Below are positions 1-8,680 of a stretch of 64,000 nt of DNA, piece by piece. The stretch is from the NCBI GenBank assembly GCA_963796325.1, contig CAWCLF010000001.1:2523242-2587241 (forward strand), written 5' to 3'. How positions within the stretch are numbered: the first letter of the stretch is position 1; each line of letters opens with the position of its first letter. The stretch is from an uncultured Spirochaetota bacterium. GTDB taxonomy: Bacteria > Spirochaetota > Brevinematia > Brevinematales > JAOACQ01. Under the pieces are notes generated by a model. That model saw only the letters and a program-made list of their open reading frames with translations, was not told where the DNA came from and ran no database searches. Both the position numbers and the translations under genes were made by a program.

Positions 1-628
1 TTTCGATATGCCTGGGATCCGACAGGTATTTTTCAACATATACATCCGGGTTGCCGAAAGCCGACTTGGCTTCGCCCTGTGCGATCGGTATGATGTTGGC
101 AAGCTCTTCGCCCGACCATGCCACCCTCATTCCTTTGCCTCCGCCTCCCGCCACCGCCTTGACGATGACCGGGTAGCCGGCGCTTTTAGCGAATTCCAGG
201 GCTTCTCCGGCGCTCTGGATTATCCCGGTGCCGGGCGTAATAGGAACTCCGATATCCTTCATGGTCTTGCGCGCCATGGCCTTGTTGCCTAAAAGATCGA
301 TCACTTCCGCCGACGGCCCGATAAATGTTATCTTGTGGTCCTTGCAGATGCCGGAGAATTTCGAATTCTCTGCAAGAAAACCGTATCCTGGATGTATGGC
401 GTCGGCCCCTGTTATCTCCGCCGCGCTGATAACGGCAAGAATATTGAGATAACTGTCGCTTGAAAGCGCAGGCCCGATGCAGACGTCCTGGTCCGAAAGC
501 TTGGTATGCAGGCATTCCTCGTCAGCCTCGGAATGCACGGACACAGTCGGTATTCCCATTTCCTTGGCCGCGCGTATGACCCTCACGGCGATCTCGCCGC
601 GGTTTGCAATCAATATTTTCCTGAACAT
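1..628 (-). CDS. accC: Biotin carboxylase (acetyl-CoA carboxylase subunit), 5' part; the gene runs off the window start
   Basis: My reverse-strand translation from the ATG (complement of 626-628) reads MFRKILIANRGEIAVRVIRAAKEMGIPTVSVHSEADEECLHTKLSDQDVCIGPA..., a canonical biotin carboxylase N-terminus. It lies 21 nt downstream of the BCCP-like gene. It is absent from the ORF track because it has no in-window stop. Confidence 0.9.
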   Translation of the reverse strand, partial: MFRKILIANRGEIAVRVIRAAKEMGIPTVSVHSEADEECLHTKLSDQDVCIGPALSSDSYLNILAVISAAEITGADAIHPGYGFLAENSKFSGICKDHKITFIGPSAEVIDLLGNKAMARKTMKDIGVPITPGTGIIQSAGEALEFAKSAGYPVIVKAVAGGGGKGMRVAWSGEELANIIPIAQGEAKSAFGNPDVYVEKYLSDPRHIE

Positions 629-649
629 ATTTTTTCTCCTTAATCAGGG

Positions 650-1129
650 TCAGCCCTGGACTTCAAACCTCATCACGGGCTGGCCGTATTCGATAGGCTG
701 GCCTTCTTCGATCAGGACCTCTTTGACTTTGCCCTTGACCTCGGACTTCAGGTCCTGCAGTACTCCAAGCACCCTGACATGGCCGACAATTTCGCCTTTT
801 TTTACAACGTCCCTCAGTTTTATATAATTCTCGCCTGTTTTTGGGTTCAGCCTGGTAAAAAATCCGATCCACTGCGACCGGAGTTCGTACACCGAAGACT
901 GCTCGCTTTCCTGCGCCGCAGGATTGGCTGCAGGGACCTGCCCCTGGGGGGCCTCAACGGTTTCCGGAGCCTGCGTCCCGGCATCTTTTACAGCGGCTTT
1001 GGCTGTCTTTTTTGCCCCTGTTCCGATGGTTATCCTCATGGCTTCTTTGCCATGCCGGATCTCGATCTCGTCGATGTCCTCTCCCGAAAAGATGCTCTGG
1101 AGTTTTCTTATATCCTTTATGTCGATCAT
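650..1129 (-). CDS. Biotin carboxyl carrier protein (BCCP)-like protein; the biotinyl-lysine position is not conserved
   Basis: The 159-aa ORF has BCCP architecture: an N-terminal domain, an Ala/Pro-rich linker and a C-terminal biotinyl/lipoyl-type barrel. The barrel aligns by eye without gaps to E. coli BCCP (WIGFFTR..., ...EEGQPIEYGQPVMRFE). Where BCCP has EAMKM this protein has RVLGV. Position between efp and accC is typical of accB. Confidence 0.8.
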   Translation of the reverse strand: MIDIKDIRKLQSIFSGEDIDEIEIRHGKEAMRITIGTGAKKTAKAAVKDAGTQAPETVEAPQGQVPAANPAAQESEQSSVYELRSQWIGFFTRLNPKTGENYIKLRDVVKKGEIVGHVRVLGVLQDLKSEVKGKVKEVLIEEGQPIEYGQPVMRFEVQG

Positions 1130-1139
1130 GGAACCCCTC

Positions 1140-1700
1140 CTATTTAACCCTCTCTATGTAACGGTCGTCCCTTGTATCGACCCTGATTTTCTCCCCGATT
1201 CCCACGAACAGGGGAACCTGCACGACCGCACCGGTTTCCAGCGTGGCCGGTTTCGAGCCCCCCATTACGGTATCCCCGCGGAGTCCCGGATCTGTTTCTG
1301 TTATGACCAGGTCGACGAACATGGGCGGCTCCACCCCGATGATCTCCCCTTCGTAAATTGACAGGGTGCATACCATCTCGTTTTTCAGGTATTTCGAGGA
1401 ATCGCCAACAAGTTCCTCTGAAACCGCATACTGCTCGTAATTTTCATTGTCCATGAATATAAAGCGGTTATCCTCTTTGTAGAGAAGCTGGGCTTCCTTG
1501 CTTTCCACGAACACGTCTTCCAGCATTTCGCCCGCCCTGAACGTCTTTTCGATGACAGTGTCCCTTATGATGTTCCTGAGCTTGGTCCTGACAATGGCGC
1601 CCCCCTTCCCCGGCTTGTGATGCTCGTAATACAATACGGAATAGAGTTCTCCATCTATTTTCAGGACTATTCCCTTTTTCAGGCTGTTGGATGAAACCAT
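1140..1700 (-). CDS. efp: Elongation factor P
   Basis: 186 aa, with the KPGKGGA loop (HHKPGKGGAIVRTKLRNI) and an overall EF-P-like sequence. Confidence 0.95.
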   Translation of the reverse strand: MVSSNSLKKGIVLKIDGELYSVLYYEHHKPGKGGAIVRTKLRNIIRDTVIEKTFRAGEMLEDVFVESKEAQLLYKEDNRFIFMDNENYEQYAVSEELVGDSSKYLKNEMVCTLSIYEGEIIGVEPPMFVDLVITETDPGLRGDTVMGGSKPATLETGAVVQVPLFVGIGEKIRVDTRDDRYIERVK

Positions 1701-1738
1701 AAATCCTCCCGGTTTAATATGCCGAATCCGATCCCTGA

Positions 1739-2818
1739 TTAAAGATCGTATCCCGATGAGGTGAGTACTTCGAAGCCGTCTTTTTTGACCAGGACCATGT
1801 CTTCCAGCCTGACGCCGCCCGTTCCGGGCAGGTAAATGCCGGGTTCGACGGTTATTATCATGCCTTTTGACAGTACGATGTCCGATGCGGCATTCACGGC
1901 AGGGGCCTCATGGACCTGGAGGCCTACTCCATGCCCGGTCGAATGCGTGAAATATTCGCCGAAGCCTGCGTCTTCTATTACCTTAAAAGCCGCTTCATGG
2001 ACCGCCGCGGCGGGAACGCCGTCCGATACCACGGATTCGGCCTTTTTCAGGGCGTCGAATACTACCTTCTGTATGCGGGAAATTTTCGCATCGATTATTT
2101 TACCTAAATAATAGCATCTTGTAAAGTCTGAGCAGTATCCGTCTTTAAAAATCCCGAAATCGAGGAGAATATTTTCATTTTCTTCGATTATTTTACCGGT
2201 CGCTGTACCATGCGGCAGGGAACTTCTCGCCCCTGAAGCCACTATTGTATCGAAAGAAGGGCGTTTGGCCCCCTGCCGCCTCAAAAAATAATCGAGCCGG
2301 GCGGCGATATCGCTTTCTTTAAAGCCTTTCTTGATAAAGGGAAGGATCATGCTGTATCCCAGTTCCGTAATCATGAGGTTGTTCCTGATTACTTCGATCT
2401 CGTATTCGTCCTTCCTGATCCTGAGGTCCTTAACCATTGAAGTGTCTTCGAGGAGGATCTTATTCGGCTCGAAAGTTCCGGCAAGGGTTTCGGAAAATTC
2501 GAGGCTTACTTCCCTCTTGGATAGCAGTATCTTCCTGGCGCCGGAGTCCAGGATTATGTCCTTTAATAAAGAAAAATATTTCCTGTCGGACCTGACGGCC
2601 TCGAGGTCCGCATCCACCTGTTTTTCAAGCCTGAATTGTTCCGTGTAGCGGCCGTCGGTTATAAAGACAAGCCTGTCTTTCGATATGACAAGGGTCGAAT
2701 CGTCCCCCGTAAAGCCCGTAAAGTAAAATACCTCTTCGGGGATATTTACATAAAGGACTTCGTCATTCAGGAGTTTATCCCTTATTGCGTCGGCCCTTTC
2801 CCGGAAGTAATTGCGCAT
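1739..2818 (-). CDS. pepP: Xaa-Pro aminopeptidase / M24 family metallopeptidase
   Basis: 359 aa. The C-terminal pita-bread fold shows metal-ligand motifs (DFG..KDGYCSDFTR, HSTGHGVGLQVHE, EPGIY, GGVRLED). The aroQ-pepP-efp neighbourhood is conserved. Confidence 0.85.
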   Translation of the reverse strand: MRNYFRERADAIRDKLLNDEVLYVNIPEEVFYFTGFTGDDSTLVISKDRLVFITDGRYTEQFRLEKQVDADLEAVRSDRKYFSLLKDIILDSGARKILLSKREVSLEFSETLAGTFEPNKILLEDTSMVKDLRIRKDEYEIEVIRNNLMITELGYSMILPFIKKGFKESDIAARLDYFLRRQGAKRPSFDTIVASGARSSLPHGTATGKIIEENENILLDFGIFKDGYCSDFTRCYYLGKIIDAKISRIQKVVFDALKKAESVVSDGVPAAAVHEAAFKVIEDAGFGEYFTHSTGHGVGLQVHEAPAVNAASDIVLSKGMIITVEPGIYLPGTGGVRLEDMVLVKKDGFEVLTSSGYDL

Positions 2819-2822
2819 ATGC

Positions 2823-4376
2823 CTAGTCTCTCAGGATCATGGATTCGTTGGTGAGGCTTTCTTCCTCGACAGACAACTCTTCCTCGAACTTCTCTATATC
2901 GCCGTCCGTATCTTTGATGAATGTGTTGTTTGTGGCGTAGTTATTTTTATATATTCCCATGAGGATTTCATATTTATTGTTAACGCTGTTTATAAGGCTG
3001 TCGAGATCGTTTATTTCCTTCAGGATGAGCCTTTCCCCGGCGGTAACCGGCCTTGAAACGGCATTAGTACCCGTAGCAGCGGCGCCGGTATAATTGGTCA
3101 CATAATTAGTTATTATCACCGTATTCGTGGACAGGCCCTGCAGATTGGTCTGAGCCGTTAAATTAGTGCCGGCCGGCCCGTTGGTGAGCACGGCCGCCAG
3201 GATGAAGCTGAACTCCTTTTCCGCCTCGACCGACGACTTCGTACCCTGTACGGTCCTGGTCCCGATTACAGTGCCGGTGGCTTTCACCTTGACTTTGTAG
3301 TCTCCGGCGGTCCCGGGACCGGTCAGGTCCCATTTAACCTTCCTCGATTCGTTGACGCCCACGTTCTGTAATTCCGTTATATTGTTTTCGCCCTGCGTCA
3401 GCATAAAATTCTGCGGGACGGTGAGTTCGAGGTCAACCTTGTCCAGGGGATTCCTGCCCGAATTTAGAAAGTCGGCATAGACGCTTACAGGCAAGACCGA
3501 GGTCTGCCTGGGGACGGCCAGCGACAGAGTCAGTCCCCTGCCCGTTACAGGCGTTGCGGCAAAAAGTCCGTATTTAGCCGTGATTTCATTGGTAAAGTCC
3601 CTGTCGAGGGCCGCGGGGCCGTAATAAAGAGCAGCCGAACTATCATACTGGGAGGTGCCCTCCCTTTTCAGTTCCCTGGATGAATCTACGGAAAAATCCC
3701 ACTTGTTGTCGTAAAATCTTTCCCAGGACGCAAAGACCAGTTCCGACGGTTTTGTCGCTCCTTCGAGCGATCCCTGGACCCTTATGGCCGGATTGTCGTA
3801 ATTGTCGAAAGCGTACCAGTACTGCGGGATATCGCCGCCTGAAAAAACGGTTTCCCTGATGATGGAACCTTTATCGGGTATGACAAAACTCCTGGGTTCG
3901 GCATTGTTGAGGGCCGGATCCAGGACTATCCTGGTTCCGATGTTTGCCGGCCTGCCGCTCCTGTTAATCACACGGTATAAAATATTCATGGTGTCGGGCA
4001 ATCCTGAAACCTGCCCGTTCACTATGAAGATTTCCTGGCTTATCTCGATATTCTTTACGGACCATACGGTAACGATTTTATCCCTCTCTACCATGGGCTT
4101 TTTAATGGTATAGGCGTCTTTTTCGGTACTGCCGAAAATATAATTTGCGCCGTCAATAAAAAAAGTTGTAAATGAAGTGAGCGGAAGCTGGCTGTATAGT
4201 ATCGACATGTTGTCGTCGAGCGGATTGTCAGGATCGCCTTCGATTGTGGACATTGTAAAACGCCCGGAATCCTGATCGACGCCTAATTTAATATACCGGT
4301 TCGAGATCTCGACCATGGCTCCGAACATTTTCACGCTGAAAAAAATAAGGAATATGATAATAAATGCTTTTTTCAT
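2823..4376 (-). CDS. Secreted protein of unknown function (517 aa)
   Basis: Long ORF with an N-terminal signal peptide (MKKAFIIIFLIFFSVKMFGA). It abuts the neighbouring genes with 0-4 nt gaps. I recognise no family. Confidence 0.6.
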   Translation of the reverse strand: MKKAFIIIFLIFFSVKMFGAMVEISNRYIKLGVDQDSGRFTMSTIEGDPDNPLDDNMSILYSQLPLTSFTTFFIDGANYIFGSTEKDAYTIKKPMVERDKIVTVWSVKNIEISQEIFIVNGQVSGLPDTMNILYRVINRSGRPANIGTRIVLDPALNNAEPRSFVIPDKGSIIRETVFSGGDIPQYWYAFDNYDNPAIRVQGSLEGATKPSELVFASWERFYDNKWDFSVDSSRELKREGTSQYDSSAALYYGPAALDRDFTNEITAKYGLFAATPVTGRGLTLSLAVPRQTSVLPVSVYADFLNSGRNPLDKVDLELTVPQNFMLTQGENNITELQNVGVNESRKVKWDLTGPGTAGDYKVKVKATGTVIGTRTVQGTKSSVEAEKEFSFILAAVLTNGPAGTNLTAQTNLQGLSTNTVIITNYVTNYTGAAATGTNAVSRPVTAGERLILKEINDLDSLINSVNNKYEILMGIYKNNYATNNTFIKDTDGDIEKFEEELSVEEESLTNESMILRD

Positions 4377-5159
4377 TCAGTCAACCCCGTTCTGCTCTTT
4401 AAGCCTTGTAAGCATTTCGACTTTCTCGGCTTTTATATCTATGAGCCTCTGCTTGATCAGGAGAAGCCTTGACATCCTCTGAAGGATTTCCTTCTGGCTT
4501 GTCAGCTTGTCGCCCTTGTTCCTGAGCGATTCTATGTTCGTGGGGTTCTCCTCCATTGACAGCCTGGACAGGTTCTCTTTTTCAATAGTATCCTGCAGCA
4601 CCGTAATTGAATTGCGTACTTCGAATGTGAGGGCGCTCAGGGGGTAATTCGTAATTATGAATTCGTAATACGAAATCGCCCTGAAGTAATCGTTTTTCAT
4701 CCCGAATCCCCTCGCCAGCCAGTAATAGCCGTGATCGGCCAGGGAATCGCCGTCTTTATACCTGTATAAGTAATCCTCGAGGACGGCAATGCCCTCGCCC
4801 GGACGGCCTGCAAGCACCAGGGTCCTTCCCAGTTTGTACAGATCCCTCGAATAGATGTCCTGGTTGAAATAAAGGCCGGCTACCGTCCTGTAGCAGTCTA
4901 CGGCTTTCTTGAAATCCTGTCTTATAAAGGCTATGTCGCCGTCGAAATAATATGCCCTGGCCGCATAGGGATCGAAGAGCGATCCTTTCGGAAGTTTCAT
5001 ATTGATTATGCTTATAAAATTGGAGTCGGCTCCCTTGAGATTGTAATTTGCAAAATATGTCATGCCCTCGAGATATTTCTTCTTGACATCCGTAAGGTCC
5101 TGTGCATGCATGGCTGATATGGAAATGAGAAATAGAGTGAGAACCAGAGCTTTATGCAT
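4377..5159 (-). CDS. Secreted TPR-like protein with a C-terminal coiled coil
   Basis: I placed the start at the internal ATG (5159), which is preceded by AGGAG and overlaps the aroQ stop (AATGCATAA). Signal peptide MHKALVLTLFLISISAMHA, TPR-like Y/A/L periodicity, and a charged heptad-like tail. Confidence 0.6.
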   Translation of the reverse strand: MHKALVLTLFLISISAMHAQDLTDVKKKYLEGMTYFANYNLKGADSNFISIINMKLPKGSLFDPYAARAYYFDGDIAFIRQDFKKAVDCYRTVAGLYFNQDIYSRDLYKLGRTLVLAGRPGEGIAVLEDYLYRYKDGDSLADHGYYWLARGFGMKNDYFRAISYYEFIITNYPLSALTFEVRNSITVLQDTIEKENLSRLSMEENPTNIESLRNKGDKLTSQKEILQRMSRLLLIKQRLIDIKAEKVEMLTRLKEQNGVD

Positions 5160-5601
5160 TTCGGCTCCTTGCAATATATCCCGCTATCGCTTCCAGGCCG
5201 AGTTCGTAGGATTGGACCCCGAAACCCGACACGATTCCGGCGGCTATGCCGGAAAGGTATGAAACGGTCCTGAAATCTTCCCTGGCGAATATATTGGACA
5301 TATGTACTTCTGCGAAAGGGATCTTCACCGAGAGCAGGGCATCCCTTAGAGCTATCGAGGTGTGAGTGAATGCGCCGGCATTTATGACAAGCCCTGCGGC
5401 TTTAAGGCCCTCCGCCTGTATGAAATCTATGATCGCGCCTTCCGAGTTCGACTGGAAGCTCTTGAGGTTAAAGCCCAGGTCTGCCGCTTTTTCCGCCAGG
5501 GAGCTTTCGATTTCCCGGAGGGTTTTGCTGCCGTATGTCCCGGGTTCCCTGATGCCCAGCATATTGAGATTGGGGCCGTTAACGAGAAGTATCGTATCCA
5601 T
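5152..5601 (-). CDS. aroQ: 3-dehydroquinate dehydratase, type II
   Basis: 149 aa: LLVNGPNLNMLGIREPGTYG, NAGAFTHTS, EVHMSNI, which are type II DHQase signatures. Confidence 0.9.
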   Translation of the reverse strand: MDTILLVNGPNLNMLGIREPGTYGSKTLREIESSLAEKAADLGFNLKSFQSNSEGAIIDFIQAEGLKAAGLVINAGAFTHTSIALRDALLSVKIPFAEVHMSNIFAREDFRTVSYLSGIAAGIVSGFGVQSYELGLEAIAGYIARSRNA

Positions 5602-5612
5602 TCTAAACCCCT

Positions 5613-6485
5613 TTAATTTTTCAAGGCGAACTTTTCTCTGTTTTCGACCGTAACAAGCATGCAGTTTGTTATGTTTTCCAGAGCCGGATACGGATCGATT
5701 TCACAGCCTGACGTATATATGGCCCTGACCCTGGACCGGTAAGCCGCAGTATTCCGGAGGATCCCGGGGTCTTTCACGGATGCCACTATGAAGCAGTTCT
5801 CAGGACCCGATTCCGATCCGGCAAGAATAGACGAGATCCTTCCTGTATCGCTGAAATCCTTGTAAAGAAGGATTATACAGGCATTTTTGTATTTCAGGAA
5901 GTAAAAACCTTCCCCGGATAGTGAAAATACGCTTTTCCCCATCTCGAGGTCGAAGAGCGGCACGATTACCGTGCTTGCCAGGATGTTCCTGTTCTTCTCG
6001 TAATAGGTCCTGAATTCATTTTCACTTACGGTCCTGTCGTCCGACATGAGGACAAGAAAATGCGGGCTTTTCGAAAGTATAAGCGGACGTCCGATCCTGG
6101 CCAGTCCGAAATCGAAGCTGTAATTGTTGCCGTAAGGGACTGTCTTTATGAAAGACCTTTTGCTGAAAGCGGGCTGCCTGCTATGGACCAGGAACTGGTA
6201 AACGGCGCTTTCCTCGAGGTCTTTAAAGACCATGCTGTGGAAATAAGACGGGGTTTCGTCCCTCCTCTCCCAGTCGGCGTCTCCTACCATGGAAAAATAA
6301 ACAGATGTGGCCTCGAGAGCGCCTGTAAAATAATTGATCGTTATCGAATCGAGACGGCTATCGGCCGGAAGGAAAAACGGGCCGAAGGAGGAAACGGTTT
6401 CTTTGGCTTCATTTTTCGGAAGCTGGGCGCATCCGGCGAGAAGCAGGAACATTATAGCTGCGGTCGACGCGGTTTTCATAATCAC
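5613..6485 (-). CDS. Lipoprotein of unknown function
   Basis: 290 aa with a lipobox (FLLLAGC) after a basic/hydrophobic N-terminus. Confidence 0.6.
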   Translation of the reverse strand: MIMKTASTAAIMFLLLAGCAQLPKNEAKETVSSFGPFFLPADSRLDSITINYFTGALEATSVYFSMVGDADWERRDETPSYFHSMVFKDLEESAVYQFLVHSRQPAFSKRSFIKTVPYGNNYSFDFGLARIGRPLILSKSPHFLVLMSDDRTVSENEFRTYYEKNRNILASTVIVPLFDLEMGKSVFSLSGEGFYFLKYKNACIILLYKDFSDTGRISSILAGSESGPENCFIVASVKDPGILRNTAAYRSRVRAIYTSGCEIDPYPALENITNCMLVTVENREKFALKN

Positions 6486-6592
6486 CCCTTCATTTATTTA
6501 TCGGAAAATGGGGAAAATGCCTTTATTTAAATATGTCTATAAAATAAATATTCTTAAACCGCGCCGGATGCGCCTATTCCCGGCCGCTTTGA

Positions 6593-7700
6593 TCAAAAAC
6601 CGTTCGTTTCAATTCCGAGCCCGGCCGCCGCGCCGGAGGAACTGTAGGTGTAAGCGGTCCTGGACGCCTGATTCGACGGGATCGACAGGCAGGTAAGGGA
6701 AAGCGGGCCGAAGATATATGTTATGGAATTCTGCTGAAGGCCTCCGTTAAAATCAATGCCGGCAGAATAATAAACGATCTTGCTCCAGTTAACGCAGAAT
6801 ATACTGACATCGCCCGCCGAGTCTGAATAAGCGTATATCCTGAGGTCGCCTGTAATTTTCCGGCATAAAATCATGTTCGAAAGCGCATGATCCGAAAACA
6901 TCTCGTAAATATAATAAACGGGTTTCGGCTTATCGCCGGCAGTATAATCTATAAAGGTGCACTTCCAGTTGGTTTCACAGATGCCCCAGGGCTGGACTGA
7001 AACAAGGTTCGGCTGTGCGCTCGAAACGCCTAAAAAATCCGCCAGCCACAAACCGGCTTCGAATGTTCCCAGCGAAGCCTCGGCGACGGGATCTGCAGGG
7101 TTGCCGTCGGCTGATATCTGGCATTCGCCGATCATAAGGGATTGTCCCTGCCCGTAAGTTTTGATAGTCGAAAAGACGGTCGAATAAAATTTCATCATAG
7201 GGTCGAACTGATTTGCCGCAAAACTGTATGTGGCCGCGGAATCCGGCCATGCGGGATAATAGTGGACCGAAATTGAATCGACATATTTACCGCAGTTCTG
7301 AAGGAAACTCGTAAGAGCGTCCGAACCGGGATTAAGAAAATCGAGGGCAAGGTCGGGACCGGCTATTTTGATCGAAGGATAATTCTTTGGGTTCGTTGCC
7401 TATATCGACCCAGGAGAGAGGATAACCCTTTGTTCCGACATAATAGCCGAGCAGGTTCTCCGCCCTCGCGACCCTGGCGGCCGTATTCGATCCGCTGACA
7501 AGGGGAAGCTGGAGCATCGGTTCCGCCCCGATGCCTGAAGAGTACGCCGCATAGTCGTCCATAAATTTCTGCGACAGGACTTCCGGCTCTTCGCCGTCGT
7601 TATTCTGGCCGCCGGCGCGAAGGAATTTTACGCCCAGCTGCCCCGCTAAGGATACGGTGCCCGCTATTAGGATCGCCGTAAACCTGCGGCCCGAAATACA
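6593..7700 (-). pseudogene. Frameshifted clan GH-A-like glycoside hydrolase
   Basis: Two reverse-strand pieces join into one enzyme-like sequence. The first ends ...GYPLSWVDIGNEP (NEP acid/base motif). A frame change occurs near 7385-7391. The second continues YPSIKIAGPDLALDFLNPGSDALTSFLQNCGKYVDSISVHYYP...LMIGECQ. The upstream frame carries a signal-like RRFTAILIAGTVSLAG but no in-frame ATG. Confidence 0.5.
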
Positions 7701-7753
7701 TGGGTATTTTGGACTATAACGGTCGAAGCCCGGCCGGGGGCTTTTTTTTATGG

Positions 7754-8680
7754 CTATATGCCGCCGCCTTTTTTGAAATAAAGAATGTTGAGCTGCGTCT
7801 TATTGTGTATTCCTGTTTTGGTGAAAATGTTCCGGACGTGCTTTTTAAGTGTCTCCTCGCTTATGAAAAGCCTGAGCGCGATTTCCTTGTATGTCAGCCC
7901 GTCGTAAATCAGGGGTATTAACGCTTTTTCCCTCCTGGTCAGCTTCCTATACATAGGGTTCTTTTCAAGCGAAGCGGGAGTGTCGCCCATTATATTATAC
8001 CTTACCACGGCCACCCAGATGCAGAAAATATACGCTCCGAGCGCAATATGCGACGCCCTCGGCACGATCGGCCTGTAGAAGAAGAACGGCTGGATGTGAT
8101 TTACGAGCAATGTCAGGATCATGGATATTGTCATTCCCGTAATTATGATGTCCGCCATGAGGATCTCTTTTAAAAGTTTTGCCGTTATCCTATAGCGTAT
8201 AAGCAGCGCCAGGGATGCGATAAAATAGAAATAATAACTCGACATATAAGCGATATCCCATGCATTCAGCGGCTTAACCTGTTCGAACCAGATGCCGTTT
8301 GTTAAAACAAAGTCCTTGATCATCGAGACCGAGAGATATTCCTTGACTGAAAAAACAACTGCCGGAAGATAGATCAGAACAGTAAGAAACGGTTCGAATG
8401 TTAATATTTTGTTTTTTCCTGTCAGAAGGATTACGAAGAGAAGCTGCGAACAGAAGGGAATGCTGTTCGACGGTGTAAAATACCTCACTATCTGCAGCGC
8501 GGCTTCCTTAGTCGGGGCTGAATAGATAAGGCCATGGTAAAAGGCGAAGAGCGAAAACGCAAAGGTCCCTATGGCGAAAATCCTGTTGATCCGGGAACGG
8601 AAATTTCTCAAAAGGACAAAGATGGAAAATTCAGCATAAATTGTGAAGAAAATGAACGATAAGATAGAATAGATATTCAT
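7754..8680 (-). CDS. Polytopic membrane protein fused to a C-terminal LuxR/GerE-type HTH (one-component regulator)
   Basis: 308 aa with about 6-7 hydrophobic segments, then LTRREKALIPLIYDGLTYKEIALRLFISEETLKKHVRNIFTKTGIHNKTQL. Confidence 0.75.
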   Translation of the reverse strand: MNIYSILSFIFFTIYAEFSIFVLLRNFRSRINRIFAIGTFAFSLFAFYHGLIYSAPTKEAALQIVRYFTPSNSIPFCSQLLFVILLTGKNKILTFEPFLTVLIYLPAVVFSVKEYLSVSMIKDFVLTNGIWFEQVKPLNAWDIAYMSSYYFYFIASLALLIRYRITAKLLKEILMADIIITGMTISMILTLLVNHIQPFFFYRPIVPRASHIALGAYIFCIWVAVVRYNIMGDTPASLEKNPMYRKLTRREKALIPLIYDGLTYKEIALRLFISEETLKKHVRNIFTKTGIHNKTQLNILYFKKGGGI

